Origin: Candidatus Latescibacterota bacterium
Lineage (GTDB): Bacteria; Latescibacterota; UBA2968; SICM01
Direction: 5' to 3'
Length of the DNA stretch: 64,000 bases
Assembly (NCBI GenBank): GCA_965217865.1
Contig: CBDCJO010000001.1
Span: 352,001 to 416,000, forward strand
A model generated the notes under the pieces. The model worked only from the letters and a program-made list of their open reading frames with translations, ran no database searches and was not told the origin of the DNA. The position numbers and the translations under genes are program-made. Position 1 is the stretch's first letter. Each line of letters opens with the position of its first letter. Of this stretch, positions 1 through 10,180 are shown in pieces.

Positions 1-604
1 TCTCCGCCCGGTACTGATTGAAAAGCAGATCCACCTCGACCCTCTGATCGCCCGGGAGGGAATCCAGCTCGTATGGCATCTGCTGGCTGAGCATGAGATT
101 CATCTTCTCCTTCTGAACCCTGAGAAGAGAATCGATCTTGCCGAACTCCATCGGCCTTTTCAGAGTCGGGTAATCGAGCAGGGGTGGCGTGTCCTTCACA
201 CCTCCGATGATGATCTTCGCCCGCTCAAGGGCATAACGAACCTTCATCTTTCCCATGTCATGGCGGATAGCCGGATCACGATTCCTTCTGAAGGCAATCT
301 GAAAGGCCTCGAGAGATTTCTTCAGATATAATAGACTATCGGCCTTCGCTTCCTTGGGAATCGAGTTGAATGCCAGCTCACACGCATTTCCGAGCCATAC
401 GTAATAGGGAACCGTGAAGGTACTCGCCTGATCAATGGCTTGCTTGAACAGATCAACCGCGGCCAGATAGTCCCCGCTCTGATAGGCTTCGCGCCCCTTT
501 TGAAAGGATTCGAAAGCCAGGTCGTCCGATTTCTCGACCGCAAAAGCAGATCCGGACGACCAGAGAAGAACCGTTGTCAGCATGATGGCCTGGAAAATTT
601 TCAT
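1..604 (-). CDS. Secreted TPR-like helical protein (3' end runs off the window; missing from the ORF track)
   Basis: Manual translation from ATG at 604 gives MKIFQAIMLTTVLLWSSGSAFA (signal peptide), then FQKGREAYQSGDYLAAVDLFKQAI...YYVWLGNAC (TPR-like). The frame is open to the window edge. Confidence 0.75.
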   Translation of the reverse strand, partial: MKIFQAIMLTTVLLWSSGSAFAVEKSDDLAFESFQKGREAYQSGDYLAAVDLFKQAIDQASTFTVPYYVWLGNACELAFNSIPKEAKADSLLYLKKSLEAFQIAFRRNRDPAIRHDMGKMKVRYALERAKIIIGGVKDTPPLLDYPTLKRPMEFGKIDSLLRVQKEKMNLMLSQQMPYELDSLPGDQRVEVDLLFNQYRAE

Positions 605-672
605 AAGTGCGCGACTCATAGGGTGCCAATCCTTTGCAATTTCCATTTTGTACTTTCCACCCCAACCCTCGT

Positions 673-792
673 CCTTCGACTCCGTTCCGCAAAAAACGCG
701 GAACGGAGTTTATCCTGAGCTTGTCGAAGGGCTCAGGAGGTATTCATTGTGTTTTAGGATCTCCTATCTATCGCGGGCTTCGCTTCGATCAG
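673..792. repeat. REP/MITE-like family A copy
   Basis: CCTTCGACTCCG-TTCCGCAAAAAACGCGGAAC hairpin, then CCTGAGCTTGTCGAAGG, then ...TATCGCGGGCTTCGC. Homologous to 11779 and 50445. Confidence 0.8.
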
Positions 793-847
793 CGGTGATC
801 TGTCGTTAAATTTTGCAATTTCCATTTTACATTTTTCATTTCCATGC

Positions 848-2446
848 TCACCTGAGCACCCGAGCCAGCATCCGAATTCCCCGAAGGGCTTCATCTTCGA
901 TAAGAAGTTTCCGCTCCAGGTCCGACTTCAAATAGATCCGGATGTCCTCCAGCCTGCCTGATGTGTAAGTGATCACGAATACCACACCGTCCTGGAAACT
1001 GATTCGCCCGCTTCCGGCCTCTGCGTTGATAATGGCCCCTTCGAACGAAAGGGACCGAGGATGGCGCAGGCTCGACAGGACCCTCTCGATCCTGATGAGC
1101 CGGGGCAGCTCCCCGGCCAAACTTCGGGAGGCCTGAAAATCCGAAAACTTGATTCGACCCGCCGAACGGTACTCTCCCGCGGAAAACGGTTCTGTCGTCA
1201 CGGGGGCGTGCGATGAAGCGGGGAGTTTAATCGGACCGGGAGTCCCGATCGCCTTTCGGCCTTGTGTCAAATAGCCCCTGGGAACCACCTGGACATCGGG
1301 TCGATCCCCGAAATAATTCGAAAGCCCGGAGCCGGATCCACGTTGAGGGCCGGCGATCTGGGGAACCTCCCGTCTTCCGATCGAAGGCCGGTCGATGTCC
1401 AGTTCCCTGGGCACATCCGGGACCTCGAAAAGCTCGGCCATCTGTTGTGACGGAAGCTCGATTTCGCGGGGTTCCTCCTCCGGTTCCTCTTCGATAAGGG
1501 GTTTCGCTTCTTCTGGCTCAGGACCACCGGGGGGCTCCTCCTCCTTCAGGGCTTCTTCGCTGAAGTTGAAAATCCCCTGGACGCTGAGCATGCTGAACTC
1601 GATCGAATTCGAGACGGCCTCGAGGGCCCGGTATGCAGCGGGAGGCTGGAAGGCGATGACCAGTGCGATTCCGACAGCGACAATTCCGGCGAAAACATGA
1701 ATCAGCCCGGACGCAACGGTATTCCAGAGTGAGCTGAGGGTCCTTCCAATGAGCCCCAAACCGGTCCCGGCTGCCGCAGCCCGCCGGATGTATTCAGACT
1801 TTCCTGGCTCAGAATCGGGCGCGGAACTTTCAGGATTCGCCGCTTCCCAGATCTCATCGATCCGTCGGGCGATCTCCTCCGACCCCGTCTCTCCGGCCAA
1901 ATCCTTCCAGCAATCCGCGAAGATACCCGATGCGGGGACGGCCCCCGCCTCCCGGCACACCAACCCGTAGGCGATTTCGATTTCAACGCGTCGTTCGGGA
2001 AAACGTTCCCAGAGTTTCAGGATGCCGGCCCGATTCAACCGCCGGAACCGGAGGATGGCCTCGTGCAGGATGTGACCCCGGTACCAAAGCTGAACGACCT
2101 CTTGCGAGGGCACGGGGGCGTGGCCTCCGGACGATGGGAATGACTTCCCGAGGAGTTCCCACGAGATCCTTTCATCAAGCGGGGAATCCGCTTCATCCCC
2201 CGGCATTGGATATTCGTTAGCCCGGAGCTGTTCGATCAGATGTTCAAGTGCGTTGTGATAGTCTTCCGCGAATGCCTCTTGGGACGGATAAGCCAGAGAC
2301 TGGTAAGCGTCGGCGGGCCGATCGCAACCCGCAACAGCGGAGAAGACCGCGAAAAGGTCGGATCGCTGGCTTTCCATTCGGGCCACGGTGCGCTGGATGA
2401 TCTCCAGGCAGCTCAGGGTGAAGAGATAATTTTTCATGCCGTCCAC
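848..2446 (-). CDS. Single-pass membrane protein, TonB/TolA-like, with a large N-terminal cytoplasmic domain (candidate anti-sigma factor)
   Basis: Hydrophobic segment ASGLIHVFAGIVAVGIALVIAF with an S-x3-H motif after ~240 aa, followed by an EEEPPGGPEPEEAKPLIEEEPEEEP linker. Lies directly downstream of the ECF sigma gene. Confidence 0.55.
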   Translation of the reverse strand: MDGMKNYLFTLSCLEIIQRTVARMESQRSDLFAVFSAVAGCDRPADAYQSLAYPSQEAFAEDYHNALEHLIEQLRANEYPMPGDEADSPLDERISWELLGKSFPSSGGHAPVPSQEVVQLWYRGHILHEAILRFRRLNRAGILKLWERFPERRVEIEIAYGLVCREAGAVPASGIFADCWKDLAGETGSEEIARRIDEIWEAANPESSAPDSEPGKSEYIRRAAAAGTGLGLIGRTLSSLWNTVASGLIHVFAGIVAVGIALVIAFQPPAAYRALEAVSNSIEFSMLSVQGIFNFSEEALKEEEPPGGPEPEEAKPLIEEEPEEEPREIELPSQQMAELFEVPDVPRELDIDRPSIGRREVPQIAGPQRGSGSGLSNYFGDRPDVQVVPRGYLTQGRKAIGTPGPIKLPASSHAPVTTEPFSAGEYRSAGRIKFSDFQASRSLAGELPRLIRIERVLSSLRHPRSLSFEGAIINAEAGSGRISFQDGVVFVITYTSGRLEDIRIYLKSDLERKLLIEDEALRGIRMLARVLR

Positions 2447-2476
2447 CTTTATGAATCACTTTATTTGATACGTGGC

Positions 2477-3142
2477 CTAAAGCTCGATTTCAATCTCAAG
2501 CTCGTGTTCCCGGATATAACGAACGGATGCCTGGAAAACCATTTCTCCGAGGGTGTTCGGATCGTATTGATCGGCGAGATAACCCAGTTTTTTCTTCAGT
2601 TTGCCCAAGGCGGTTCGGAATCGATAATTTAGACGGGGCGGGGACCATCCCTTCTCCTCCGCGATCCTATTTTGCCGCTCCCCCTGCAAGAGGACCTTGA
2701 AAAGGATGACCACATCCTCTTCGTCGAGCTGTTCCAGGACGATGAAGACATAGTCCTGCCCCCTGTCCCGCTCCCCCCGGCTTGTCTCCTGTGATGCCAC
2801 GGTCCGCGGATCTGTAATCAGGTCCGCCGTCTCGAGGGGTTGTTCCCTGACCCTCCGAAGGTGGTCCAGGCAGGCATTATAAGACATACGGCTGAGGAAA
2901 GCCGACCAGTTCAGGATATCGTTGAATTGAGGGCTTCGGCAGATCCGGATAAAGTCGACCAGTTTATTGTGAAAAAGGTCTTCCTTGATCATCGGGTCGA
3001 TCGGAAAAGTTCTCATCGTATACACAATAAATTCTCTCAGGTTCGCGTATTCTTGAGCAAGGAGTTCCCGGTTGCCTCGGTGAATCTCTTCTGCGATGGA
3101 TCTCAACCCGTCGTCGGAAATCGGCATCACGGGGCTCCGCAT
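2477..3142 (-). CDS. ECF-type sigma-70 factor
   Basis: Region 2-like KEDLFHNKLV...WSAFLSRMSYNACLDHLRR. Region 4-like LEQLDEEDVVIL...QNRIAEEKGWSPPRLNYRFRTALGKLKK. Confidence 0.8.
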   Translation of the reverse strand: MRSPVMPISDDGLRSIAEEIHRGNRELLAQEYANLREFIVYTMRTFPIDPMIKEDLFHNKLVDFIRICRSPQFNDILNWSAFLSRMSYNACLDHLRRVREQPLETADLITDPRTVASQETSRGERDRGQDYVFIVLEQLDEEDVVILFKVLLQGERQNRIAEEKGWSPPRLNYRFRTALGKLKKKLGYLADQYDPNTLGEMVFQASVRYIREHELEIEIEL

Positions 3143-3324
3143 CCGTCAAAATCTCATTGAATATTAAATATCGGAGAATTGAATATTTGAAAACCTCAGG
3201 ACTTTCTTGTGGGGATACGGATCTCTTCAATCTTCAATCTTCAATTCCCACTGGCCACTGCCACCTGCTACTGCCACTGCTTCTGCTTTTCCTGTTTCAC
3301 GTCTCACGTCTGACGTTTCACGGC

Positions 3325-3864
3325 TTACTGCCTTTTTGACTGGCTCTCGAGCCCCCACTGAACGGTCTTGAATCCCATGCGGTTGAGGGCATCATAGACC
3401 CCCACCGTGTAAGTCACGGTTGCATCCCGTTCGAAGTAGAGCCGGACAAGGATGTCCTCGGCGAGGAATCCTCGCTGACCAATTACGTTCTCCAATCCTA
3501 TTTGAGTGGCCTCAAAAACCGCCCGTTCGATGCCGGCCTGGTCGATATCGGGCGTCCTCTTGAACACATAATGCTCGTCGGTGACCACCCCGCCTTTGTC
3601 GAATTCAACGAACTCCTTTCCGACCACGATCTTGATGAAACGTTCGTCCCGGGGGTCCGGCGCCTTGTCCTCTTCGTCGGGCGCCTTCACAAAGTTGAGC
3701 TTTTGTGCGTGGACGAATCGATCGTGCAAATTAGCAAGGTGGATCTGCCAGACATTCTGGACGATGAAGAAGGTAAGCAGCAGAAAGAGGACATCGATAA
3801 ATCCTTCTCCCGCCTCAAAGACTCCCCCAGTGGTGCGTTTCCGACGACGGATCATCAGCGACAC
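3325..3864 (-). CDS. ExbD/TolR family protein
   Basis: Basic N-terminus, TM FIDVLFLLLTFFIV with the conserved Asp, C-terminal ...VGVYDALNRMGFKTV. Confidence 0.85.
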   Translation of the reverse strand: MSLMIRRRKRTTGGVFEAGEGFIDVLFLLLTFFIVQNVWQIHLANLHDRFVHAQKLNFVKAPDEEDKAPDPRDERFIKIVVGKEFVEFDKGGVVTDEHYVFKRTPDIDQAGIERAVFEATQIGLENVIGQRGFLAEDILVRLYFERDATVTYTVGVYDALNRMGFKTVQWGLESQSKRQ

Positions 3865-3869
3865 CTCGC

Positions 3870-5153
3870 TTAGCTTCGCTTTTCGCTGCTGGCCGCCGTT
3901 AGATGGATCTCCTCGGCGTTGTTCACAGGAGCATCAAAGTGCTGGACAATATCGATCATCACTGTCCGGTCCTGAATGGCCCTGCTCTTGATCTTTCGGA
4001 CCAGAAGAATGGACAGGACCCGCCCTATGAAACCGATGGCCGTCGTGACCAGGGCAAAGTTGATGTAGTGTGCCATCTTGAGTTGCGTTTGAGCCGGTCC
4101 TTCCCCGATCTTCATCGTGTCTTCCAGGACGGTAAAGGCATTGATCATCCCCAGAACTGTACCCAGCAGACCAAGCGAAAGAGCCAGGAGTCCGACCATC
4201 CCGAAAGTCTCCGACAACCGATCCTCAATCTCATCGAAGAGCATGTAGACCTTGTCGGTGCAGTACTCGATAAGTCGCGTCGAATCAGAGGCCGTATCCG
4301 GTCCGATCGAGGAGAGGATCTTATTAAGCTCTGTGTCCTCCTTGAAGGCATATCCCTTGCCTTCGGGAGAGAACCGCCCCCCCCAAAAAACTTCCATCTT
4401 GTGTCGGCGGATCGCCTCCACGTCCTGCTCGGAGAAAAATCGTTCCAGAGAAAGCTCCCCACCCCCCATAGCGTGTGCAAATCGGAAGATCATCCAGAAC
4501 GGCAGGGCGATGAGGACCAGAATCAGTGCGGTGGAAAAGGGGCCGCTGAATTCCGAAAAGTACCGGCCGATGACTTCACCGAGATCGATGCCCCGTACCA
4601 CAGTAGGAACCGCATTGTCAGCCCCGAACGAGATCATCAAACCGTCGATACGGTAATCCAAGAGCTGCGTGTTTGGCGGAATGGAGACATCTTGAGGGCT
4701 GCGGTCGAAGTCGATCTCGTACCGGCGGCCCCCCATCTGGAAGGAAAGATCGTCGATCACCACACTGTGACTGGCGTTCCGGGTCCGAATCACCAGGCTG
4801 TCGATTCCGGTTCCAACGACATGGACCTGTTCCTCTTGAATCCCGGAATAATAGGTCGAATCCCGACCCGCAATATGAACGATTACCGCAATGGGGAGAA
4901 AGCGGTCGACATTCCTGAAGCTGATGTTGTCCACCGGTATCTTCCGGTCGGGGTTGGCGGCATCCCGGAAAGTGATCGTTAGGGCTTTCCAGAAAGTCCC
5001 CCCCTGGAGGACCTGTCCGCCCTGGAGTCCGGTGAGGTAATCGTCGAGCCAAACCGAAGCCCAGAGGCCGCCATAGATGATGGCGAAGATCAACACAAGA
5101 TACTTGACGAATTGACTTAGTTCCTTGTTTTTAAACAAATTGAAATCCATCAC
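3870..5153 (-). CDS. MotA/TolQ/ExbB proton-channel family protein with N-terminal TM and periplasmic extension
   Basis: ALSLGLLGTVLGMINAF and INFALVTTAIG motifs. Adjacent to the exbD-like gene. Confidence 0.85.
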   Translation of the reverse strand: MMDFNLFKNKELSQFVKYLVLIFAIIYGGLWASVWLDDYLTGLQGGQVLQGGTFWKALTITFRDAANPDRKIPVDNISFRNVDRFLPIAVIVHIAGRDSTYYSGIQEEQVHVVGTGIDSLVIRTRNASHSVVIDDLSFQMGGRRYEIDFDRSPQDVSIPPNTQLLDYRIDGLMISFGADNAVPTVVRGIDLGEVIGRYFSEFSGPFSTALILVLIALPFWMIFRFAHAMGGGELSLERFFSEQDVEAIRRHKMEVFWGGRFSPEGKGYAFKEDTELNKILSSIGPDTASDSTRLIEYCTDKVYMLFDEIEDRLSETFGMVGLLALSLGLLGTVLGMINAFTVLEDTMKIGEGPAQTQLKMAHYINFALVTTAIGFIGRVLSILLVRKIKSRAIQDRTVMIDIVQHFDAPVNNAEEIHLTAASSEKRS

Positions 5154-5292
5154 TCCTCCTTGGCCCGATACGCAAGCAGACAGACACCCATCTATAACCT
5201 TCTTTCAAAATATATGACGTGTAAAAAGCGGAAAAATTAAAAAGAAACTAGAAGACAGAAGACAGAATAAAAACGTGAAGTGTAGAATTTCC

Positions 5293-5579
5293 GGCTCTCC
5301 CAGGAATATAGCGGACCCCTGTCTTCGCGATTGACACCCGGGCCTTTGAGCTAATCGAGACGCCGAGACTAAAGTCAGGGCCTTCTTTCAGCGCCAACGG
5401 CGCGTTGTCCTTTAACCCAGGCGAGCCGCCCTGGGTCGTGCGAAACAATAGCATCGTGCGGCCTGAAAGGCCGCGATAATTGTACATCACAATGCCCCAA
5501 TCCCTGTCCCGCATCCTGATTCATCTAGGTGTGGGATTGATCCGGATCGCGGACCGTTGGCCCGCTAATGCGTCGCCTC
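5293..5579 (+). mobile_element. Non-autonomous IS200/RAYT-tnpA-derived element, copy 1
   Basis: REP hairpins precede ATG 5492, which encodes MPQSLSRILIHL joined to GTG TGG GAT TGA (VWD*). Homologous to 11398 and 15429. Confidence 0.7.
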
Positions 5580-5686
5580 TCTGGCCTCCGACCTCTTGCC
5601 ATTGGCCCCTGCCTTTGCCTTTCCTGCCACTGCTACTACTTTTCCCATCTCACGTTTCCCGATCCCTGACCTCTGGCCATGGCTTC

Positions 5687-6517
5687 TCATTTCCCTACCC
5701 AATGCCGATAGAGCGGTTTGACGTCCTCAGGCAGGGAATCGTAAACGCTTTTAGGCACAGTTGGCACACGGTTTTCTTTCATGTTCGCCTCTTCGACCAT
5801 GCGTTGCCTGTCTGCGGAATCGGGTTTCATGGGATCCAGGTTCAGCCACCACGGGGCAAAGCGGATTGCCATGGCCACCCGGGTTCGGTCTGACCTATTT
5901 GGCGCCGCCGCGTGCCACATCCGGCTGTCGAAGATCATGACACTTCCCGCTGGGCCCGTTACCTGCAACTCGGTCGGATAGGGATCAATGGGATTGATGC
6001 CCATCCCTCCGGTAGGATTGTTGTTCGAACGGTGGCTCCCCGGAACAATGATCGTCCCTCCGTTTTCTTCCGTGAAATCCGACAACATCCAGATCGTCGT
6101 CAGGTGTATGACAGCATCCGGATACGGGGCGGGAATGTGTCCCGCATTGTGCTGGTTGAACGGCCAGTCGGCGTGTAAGCCGGTTCGCTGGCTGCCGCGA
6201 TCATTCACCATTCCGCTTGTCATCGAAATTCGGAAGTACGGACCGAAGGTCCGCTCCGCGATCCCCATCAGCCGGGGGTCGGTCAGATAAGGGGAAAATG
6301 ATTGATCGAAGTTGATCAAACCCGGCCGGTTGGCGATCCCTTTGGAGGAACCCGGCATTGCGTTTCGGACGACAGTCTCCTTGACGCTTTCCCGGACCGC
6401 TCCAACCTTGTCCCGGGGAATGACCTCATCCAGCACGTACCACCCATCGACATACAGATGAAGCGCCAATTCTTTCAGATCGTCTGATTGCAAACCAAAC
6501 CTCCTGCTCCAACGCAA
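5687..6517 (-). CDS. Phytanoyl-CoA dioxygenase (PhyH) family Fe/2OG oxygenase
   Basis: LHADWP (HxD), ENGGTIIVPGSH, GSVMIFDSRMWHAAAPNRS...R. The start may be TTG near 6493. Confidence 0.9.
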   Translation of the reverse strand: MRWSRRFGLQSDDLKELALHLYVDGWYVLDEVIPRDKVGAVRESVKETVVRNAMPGSSKGIANRPGLINFDQSFSPYLTDPRLMGIAERTFGPYFRISMTSGMVNDRGSQRTGLHADWPFNQHNAGHIPAPYPDAVIHLTTIWMLSDFTEENGGTIIVPGSHRSNNNPTGGMGINPIDPYPTELQVTGPAGSVMIFDSRMWHAAAPNRSDRTRVAMAIRFAPWWLNLDPMKPDSADRQRMVEEANMKENRVPTVPKSVYDSLPEDVKPLYRHWVGK

Positions 6518-6571
6518 GGCCTTCCGCCTTCACGCCTTCCGTTTCTCGTTCCCGCCTCCCTCTCACCCTGT

Positions 6572-6943
6572 TTATCCTGCCCGCCACACCCCCCAGGCCA
6601 GCAAAGCCCATCCGCCAAGAAAGGCGGCACCCCCGAATGGGGTTATGGCGCCCAGCCATCGGATCCCGCTGAGACCGAGGGCGTACAGGCTTCCGGAAAA
6701 CAACACGGTCCCGACCACGAACAACCAGCCCGCCGTAACCACTGCCGTTCCGCCATAGCGGGAGGCCGCCCATCCGGTCGCCAGCAAAGCCAGTGCGTGA
6801 TACATCTGGTAACGCACGCCCACCTCAAACGCATCCAGCATCTCCGGTGTGATCCTTTCCCGAAGACCGTGGGCCCCAAAAGCCCCGGCCGCGATTCCGA
6901 TAAAGGCTGAAACGGCACCGATACAAAAAAACAGGCGGTCCAC
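6572..6943 (-). CDS. DUF423 (YgdD/TMEM256) membrane protein
   Basis: GAFGAHGL, YQMYHALAL, FSGSLY, LGAITPFGG. GTG start at 6943 preferred over the ORF-track start at 7033. Confidence 0.9.
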   Translation of the reverse strand: MDRLFFCIGAVSAFIGIAAGAFGAHGLRERITPEMLDAFEVGVRYQMYHALALLATGWAASRYGGTAVVTAGWLFVVGTVLFSGSLYALGLSGIRWLGAITPFGGAAFLGGWALLAWGVWRAG

Positions 6944-7302
6944 AAATCCCCCATCAACGACTTTAATTTGGATCCTGGAATCTGGCCACTTGGAACTGAC
7001 CCTGGAACCATATTTTCCGCGATAATCTACCACATCCCCTGGGGGTTGTCAAGGACCCGGGATATCCCCGAGGGCGATGAAATCGCTTGACTTAACCGTA
7101 TCCATGTTCGATCTTTTGGCGACATTCGCCTCTCCCTGGAACCTTTGTAAAAACAGCCATGAAACACCCGACGTGGACACGGGTTCCCGGAGCTGATTTA
7201 ATGTATCGCGACACAAAAAATCGGGACCCTCACACCTTCCTCCGGTCCCCCCATTTTTGGTGTTCCTGAAGAAAATATCCCTTAGCCGTATCCTGTTCAT
7301 CA

Positions 7303-9183
7303 ATGACCCTGGTTCATCTTGACAAAATATCCCGATATTTCGGTGCGAACGAAGTGCTCGTGGACCTCTCCTGGCAGGTGGAGGAGGGGAATCGCGTCGG
7401 CTTGATCGGTCCCAACGGTTGCGGAAAAACCACGCTGGTTCGCATCATAGCGGGTGAACTCGAACCGGATCGGGGAATGGTCCATCGAAAAAAGGAAATC
7501 TCCGTGGGCTACTTATCTCAGGAGGCAGAGGTGGTTCCCGGCGATACCGTTCACCAGTCCGCGATGTCCGCCTTTCGAGAACTCATCTCCCTTCGCGAAG
7601 AACTGAAGGAAATTGAGGGAAGGATATCCGGAGGAGATCATCAAGAGTTCACCCTCGCCCGGTATGGTCAGTTGAGAGACGTTTACGAGAAACGGGGAGG
7701 CTATACCTTCGACCGAGAGGCGAAGGCCGCCCTTTACGGTCTTGGATTCGGTTCGAACGACATGGACCGGCCCGCTGAAAACCTGAGCGGGGGCCAGAAG
7801 AGTCGCCTTTCCCTCGCCAGGCAATTGGTGCGTAAACCCGACCTCCTTCTTCTCGACGAACCCACGAACCACCTGGATCTTCAGGCGGTCGAATGGCTTG
7901 AAGATTTCCTGTCGGACTATTCAGGCGGAGTGATTATCATCTCCCACGACAGGTATTTCCTGGACAGATCCGTCTCGCAGATCGTGGAGCTCGAGCGAAA
8001 AAGACTGGTCCCCTACACGGGCAATTATACCGCTTATGTCAGGGAAAAGCAGAATCGCCTCGAACGACAAAGGAAACGCTATGATGAACAGCAGGCATTC
8101 GTCAAACGGACGGAGGCGTTTATTCGGAAGAATATCGCAGGCCAGAAAACCAGGCAAGCCCAGAGCCGCAGGAAATTCCTGGAGAGACTCAAGCGTGTGG
8201 ACCGACCCATCCGGGGAGGCAAAGGTGTGCGGGTCGACTTCGCTGACCCTGATCGTTCGAGCGACCAGGTTCTCAACATCGAAAGCGTGTCCAAATCGTA
8301 TAACGGTCAAGTCCTCTTCAAGGACCTGACCTTTTCCATCCTTCGTGGGGATCGGGTAGGTATTGTGGGTCCAAACGGAGTTGGAAAAACCACCCTGTTG
8401 AAGATACTGGCAGGCGATATCCCTGCGGACCAAGGGGAGATCCGATATGGACGTAGAGTCGACATCCAGTATTACGATCAGGAATCCGAGGGATTAAACA
8501 GGGACAACACGATCCTTGACGAAATCCGATCCGTAAAACCCCTTGAGAAAGACGGCGACCTACGAGGCTTCCTCGGCCGTTTCCTCTTCTCGGAAGACCA
8601 GGTAGACCAGCAGGTGGGATCCCTGAGCGGGGGGGAGGGAAGCCGCCTCGCCCTTGCCAAGCTGATCCTCTCCCGGCCGAACCTTCTCCTCCTCGACGAG
8701 CCCACAAACCATCTCGACATCCCTTCCCGAACCACCGTGGAGGAAGCCCTCCAAAATTTTGAAGGCACGGTGATCGTCGTGTCTCACGACCGCTATTTCC
8801 TCAACCTGATCGCCCGATCTATCCTCTACCTGGATGGGGATTCCTGGAAATTCTACCGGGGAAACTACGACGACATGAAAGATCGAGCCGATCGGGACCC
8901 CTCCAGGGATTCCGCGGGAGGGGAACGAAAGAACCGCTATAAACAGCGACGCCTAGCCCTGAGGGAACGGGAGCGAAGTCTCCGCCGATTCGCTCAGATC
9001 GAAGAGGAGATCGTCTCCCTGGAGGATCAGATCCTTGAGCTGAATGAGGAAATGGGCCAACCCGAAGTCGCGATCGACTGGGGGCAGCTCGGAGTCTTGA
9101 GTCGGAAAAAAGAAGATCTCCGGGCGGACATGGATCGGCTTTATGAGGAGTGGTCGGAATTGGAAACAGAAAGAGTGGAATAG
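7303..9183 (+). CDS. ABC-F family ATPase (Uup/YheS-like)
   Basis: Two NBDs (GPNGCGKTT and GPNGVGKTT, LSGG, LLDEPTNHLD), linker, C-terminal coiled coil, no TM. Confidence 0.95.
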   Translation: MTLVHLDKISRYFGANEVLVDLSWQVEEGNRVGLIGPNGCGKTTLVRIIAGELEPDRGMVHRKKEISVGYLSQEAEVVPGDTVHQSAMSAFRELISLREELKEIEGRISGGDHQEFTLARYGQLRDVYEKRGGYTFDREAKAALYGLGFGSNDMDRPAENLSGGQKSRLSLARQLVRKPDLLLLDEPTNHLDLQAVEWLEDFLSDYSGGVIIISHDRYFLDRSVSQIVELERKRLVPYTGNYTAYVREKQNRLERQRKRYDEQQAFVKRTEAFIRKNIAGQKTRQAQSRRKFLERLKRVDRPIRGGKGVRVDFADPDRSSDQVLNIESVSKSYNGQVLFKDLTFSILRGDRVGIVGPNGVGKTTLLKILAGDIPADQGEIRYGRRVDIQYYDQESEGLNRDNTILDEIRSVKPLEKDGDLRGFLGRFLFSEDQVDQQVGSLSGGEGSRLALAKLILSRPNLLLLDEPTNHLDIPSRTTVEEALQNFEGTVIVVSHDRYFLNLIARSILYLDGDSWKFYRGNYDDMKDRADRDPSRDSAGGERKNRYKQRRLALRERERSLRRFAQIEEEIVSLEDQILELNEEMGQPEVAIDWGQLGVLSRKKEDLRADMDRLYEEWSELETERVE

Positions 9184-9327
9184 GAATCGTAAGGAGTAAC
9201 TTGGATGGAATCCAAGATGGCGCACTTACCCGCGTTGGGCCACAAGCTAAGAATTGGTTTAAGGTGATTAAACATCCTGACTGGTTCCGTTTGCCGTTTC
9301 ACGTTTGACCTTTTTTTCACAACACTC

Positions 9328-10077
9328 ATGCCCGAAACCGCCCGAATCCTGGTCGTTGACGACCTTCCGCTGAACATCGAATTCCTTGAGGAATCCCTGA
9401 CGGCGCATGGTTTTGAGGTCTTTTCGGCCTCGGACGGAGAAGAGGCCCTCAAGCGGATCGTCGAGGTTGAGCCGGACCTCCTCTTGCTGGACCTCTCCAT
9501 GCCAAAACTTGATGGAATCGGCGTCCTGAAGGTCATCCGCGGAGATGAAGAGTTTCGGGACCTCCCCGTCATCCTCCTGACCGCTCGCCGGGAGAAGGAG
9601 AACAAGGTTGAGGGTCTGGATGCCGGTGCGGATGATTATATTACAAAGCCCTTCTACATCGATGAGGTTGTCGCCCGCATCCGCTCCCTCCTACGGATGA
9701 AGCATATCCAGGCTGAGATTGTCGAGAAGGAGAAACATCTGGCCCAGGTCGAGACCCTGCAACAGGCCCTCGGCACCCTGTCGCATCATATCAACAACGC
9801 CAATCAAGCGATACTCTGCGCAGCTCAGCTCAGCGAACTCGCGAAGGATGACGGCAGGCGAGCCGCGAATCTCATCTCGATCTGCCTCCATCAGACGACA
9901 CGGACCAAGGCCGTTCTCGACTGCCTCGATAAGATGGTGGAACACATGGCCCTCAAGACCATCGGCTATGCTGGCGAAGCGGGAAGAATCCTTGACATCG
10001 AAGAGGAATTGAAGCAGCGGCTGAAAGAACTGGATGAGGGGAAGGAGTCAGGGGATGGGGATGTTCGTGATTCGTGA
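9328..10077 (+). CDS. Response regulator receiver plus HisKA(DHp)-like domain, without ATPase domain
   Basis: ILVVDD...DLSMPKLDG...GADDYITKPF, then TLSHHINN. Confidence 0.8.
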   Translation: MPETARILVVDDLPLNIEFLEESLTAHGFEVFSASDGEEALKRIVEVEPDLLLLDLSMPKLDGIGVLKVIRGDEEFRDLPVILLTARREKENKVEGLDAGADDYITKPFYIDEVVARIRSLLRMKHIQAEIVEKEKHLAQVETLQQALGTLSHHINNANQAILCAAQLSELAKDDGRRAANLISICLHQTTRTKAVLDCLDKMVEHMALKTIGYAGEAGRILDIEEELKQRLKELDEGKESGDGDVRDS

Positions 10078-10180
10078 TTCGTGATTCGTGATTCGTGATT
10101 CGTGATTCGTGATTCGTGATTCGTGATTCGTGATTCGTGATTCGTGATTCGTGATTCGTGATTCGTGATTCGTGATTCGT
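10064..10180. repeat. Perfect heptamer microsatellite (TTCGTGA)x16.7
   Basis: Read directly: 16 full units plus TTCGT. Confidence 0.97.

Noticed and set aside
5480-5893. 137-aa ORF beginning (MYIT)MPQSLSRILIHL as a transposase gene
   Set aside because: Only 12 residues are TnpA-like. The rest is repeat sequence and antisense of phyH, with no HUH motif or catalytic Tyr.
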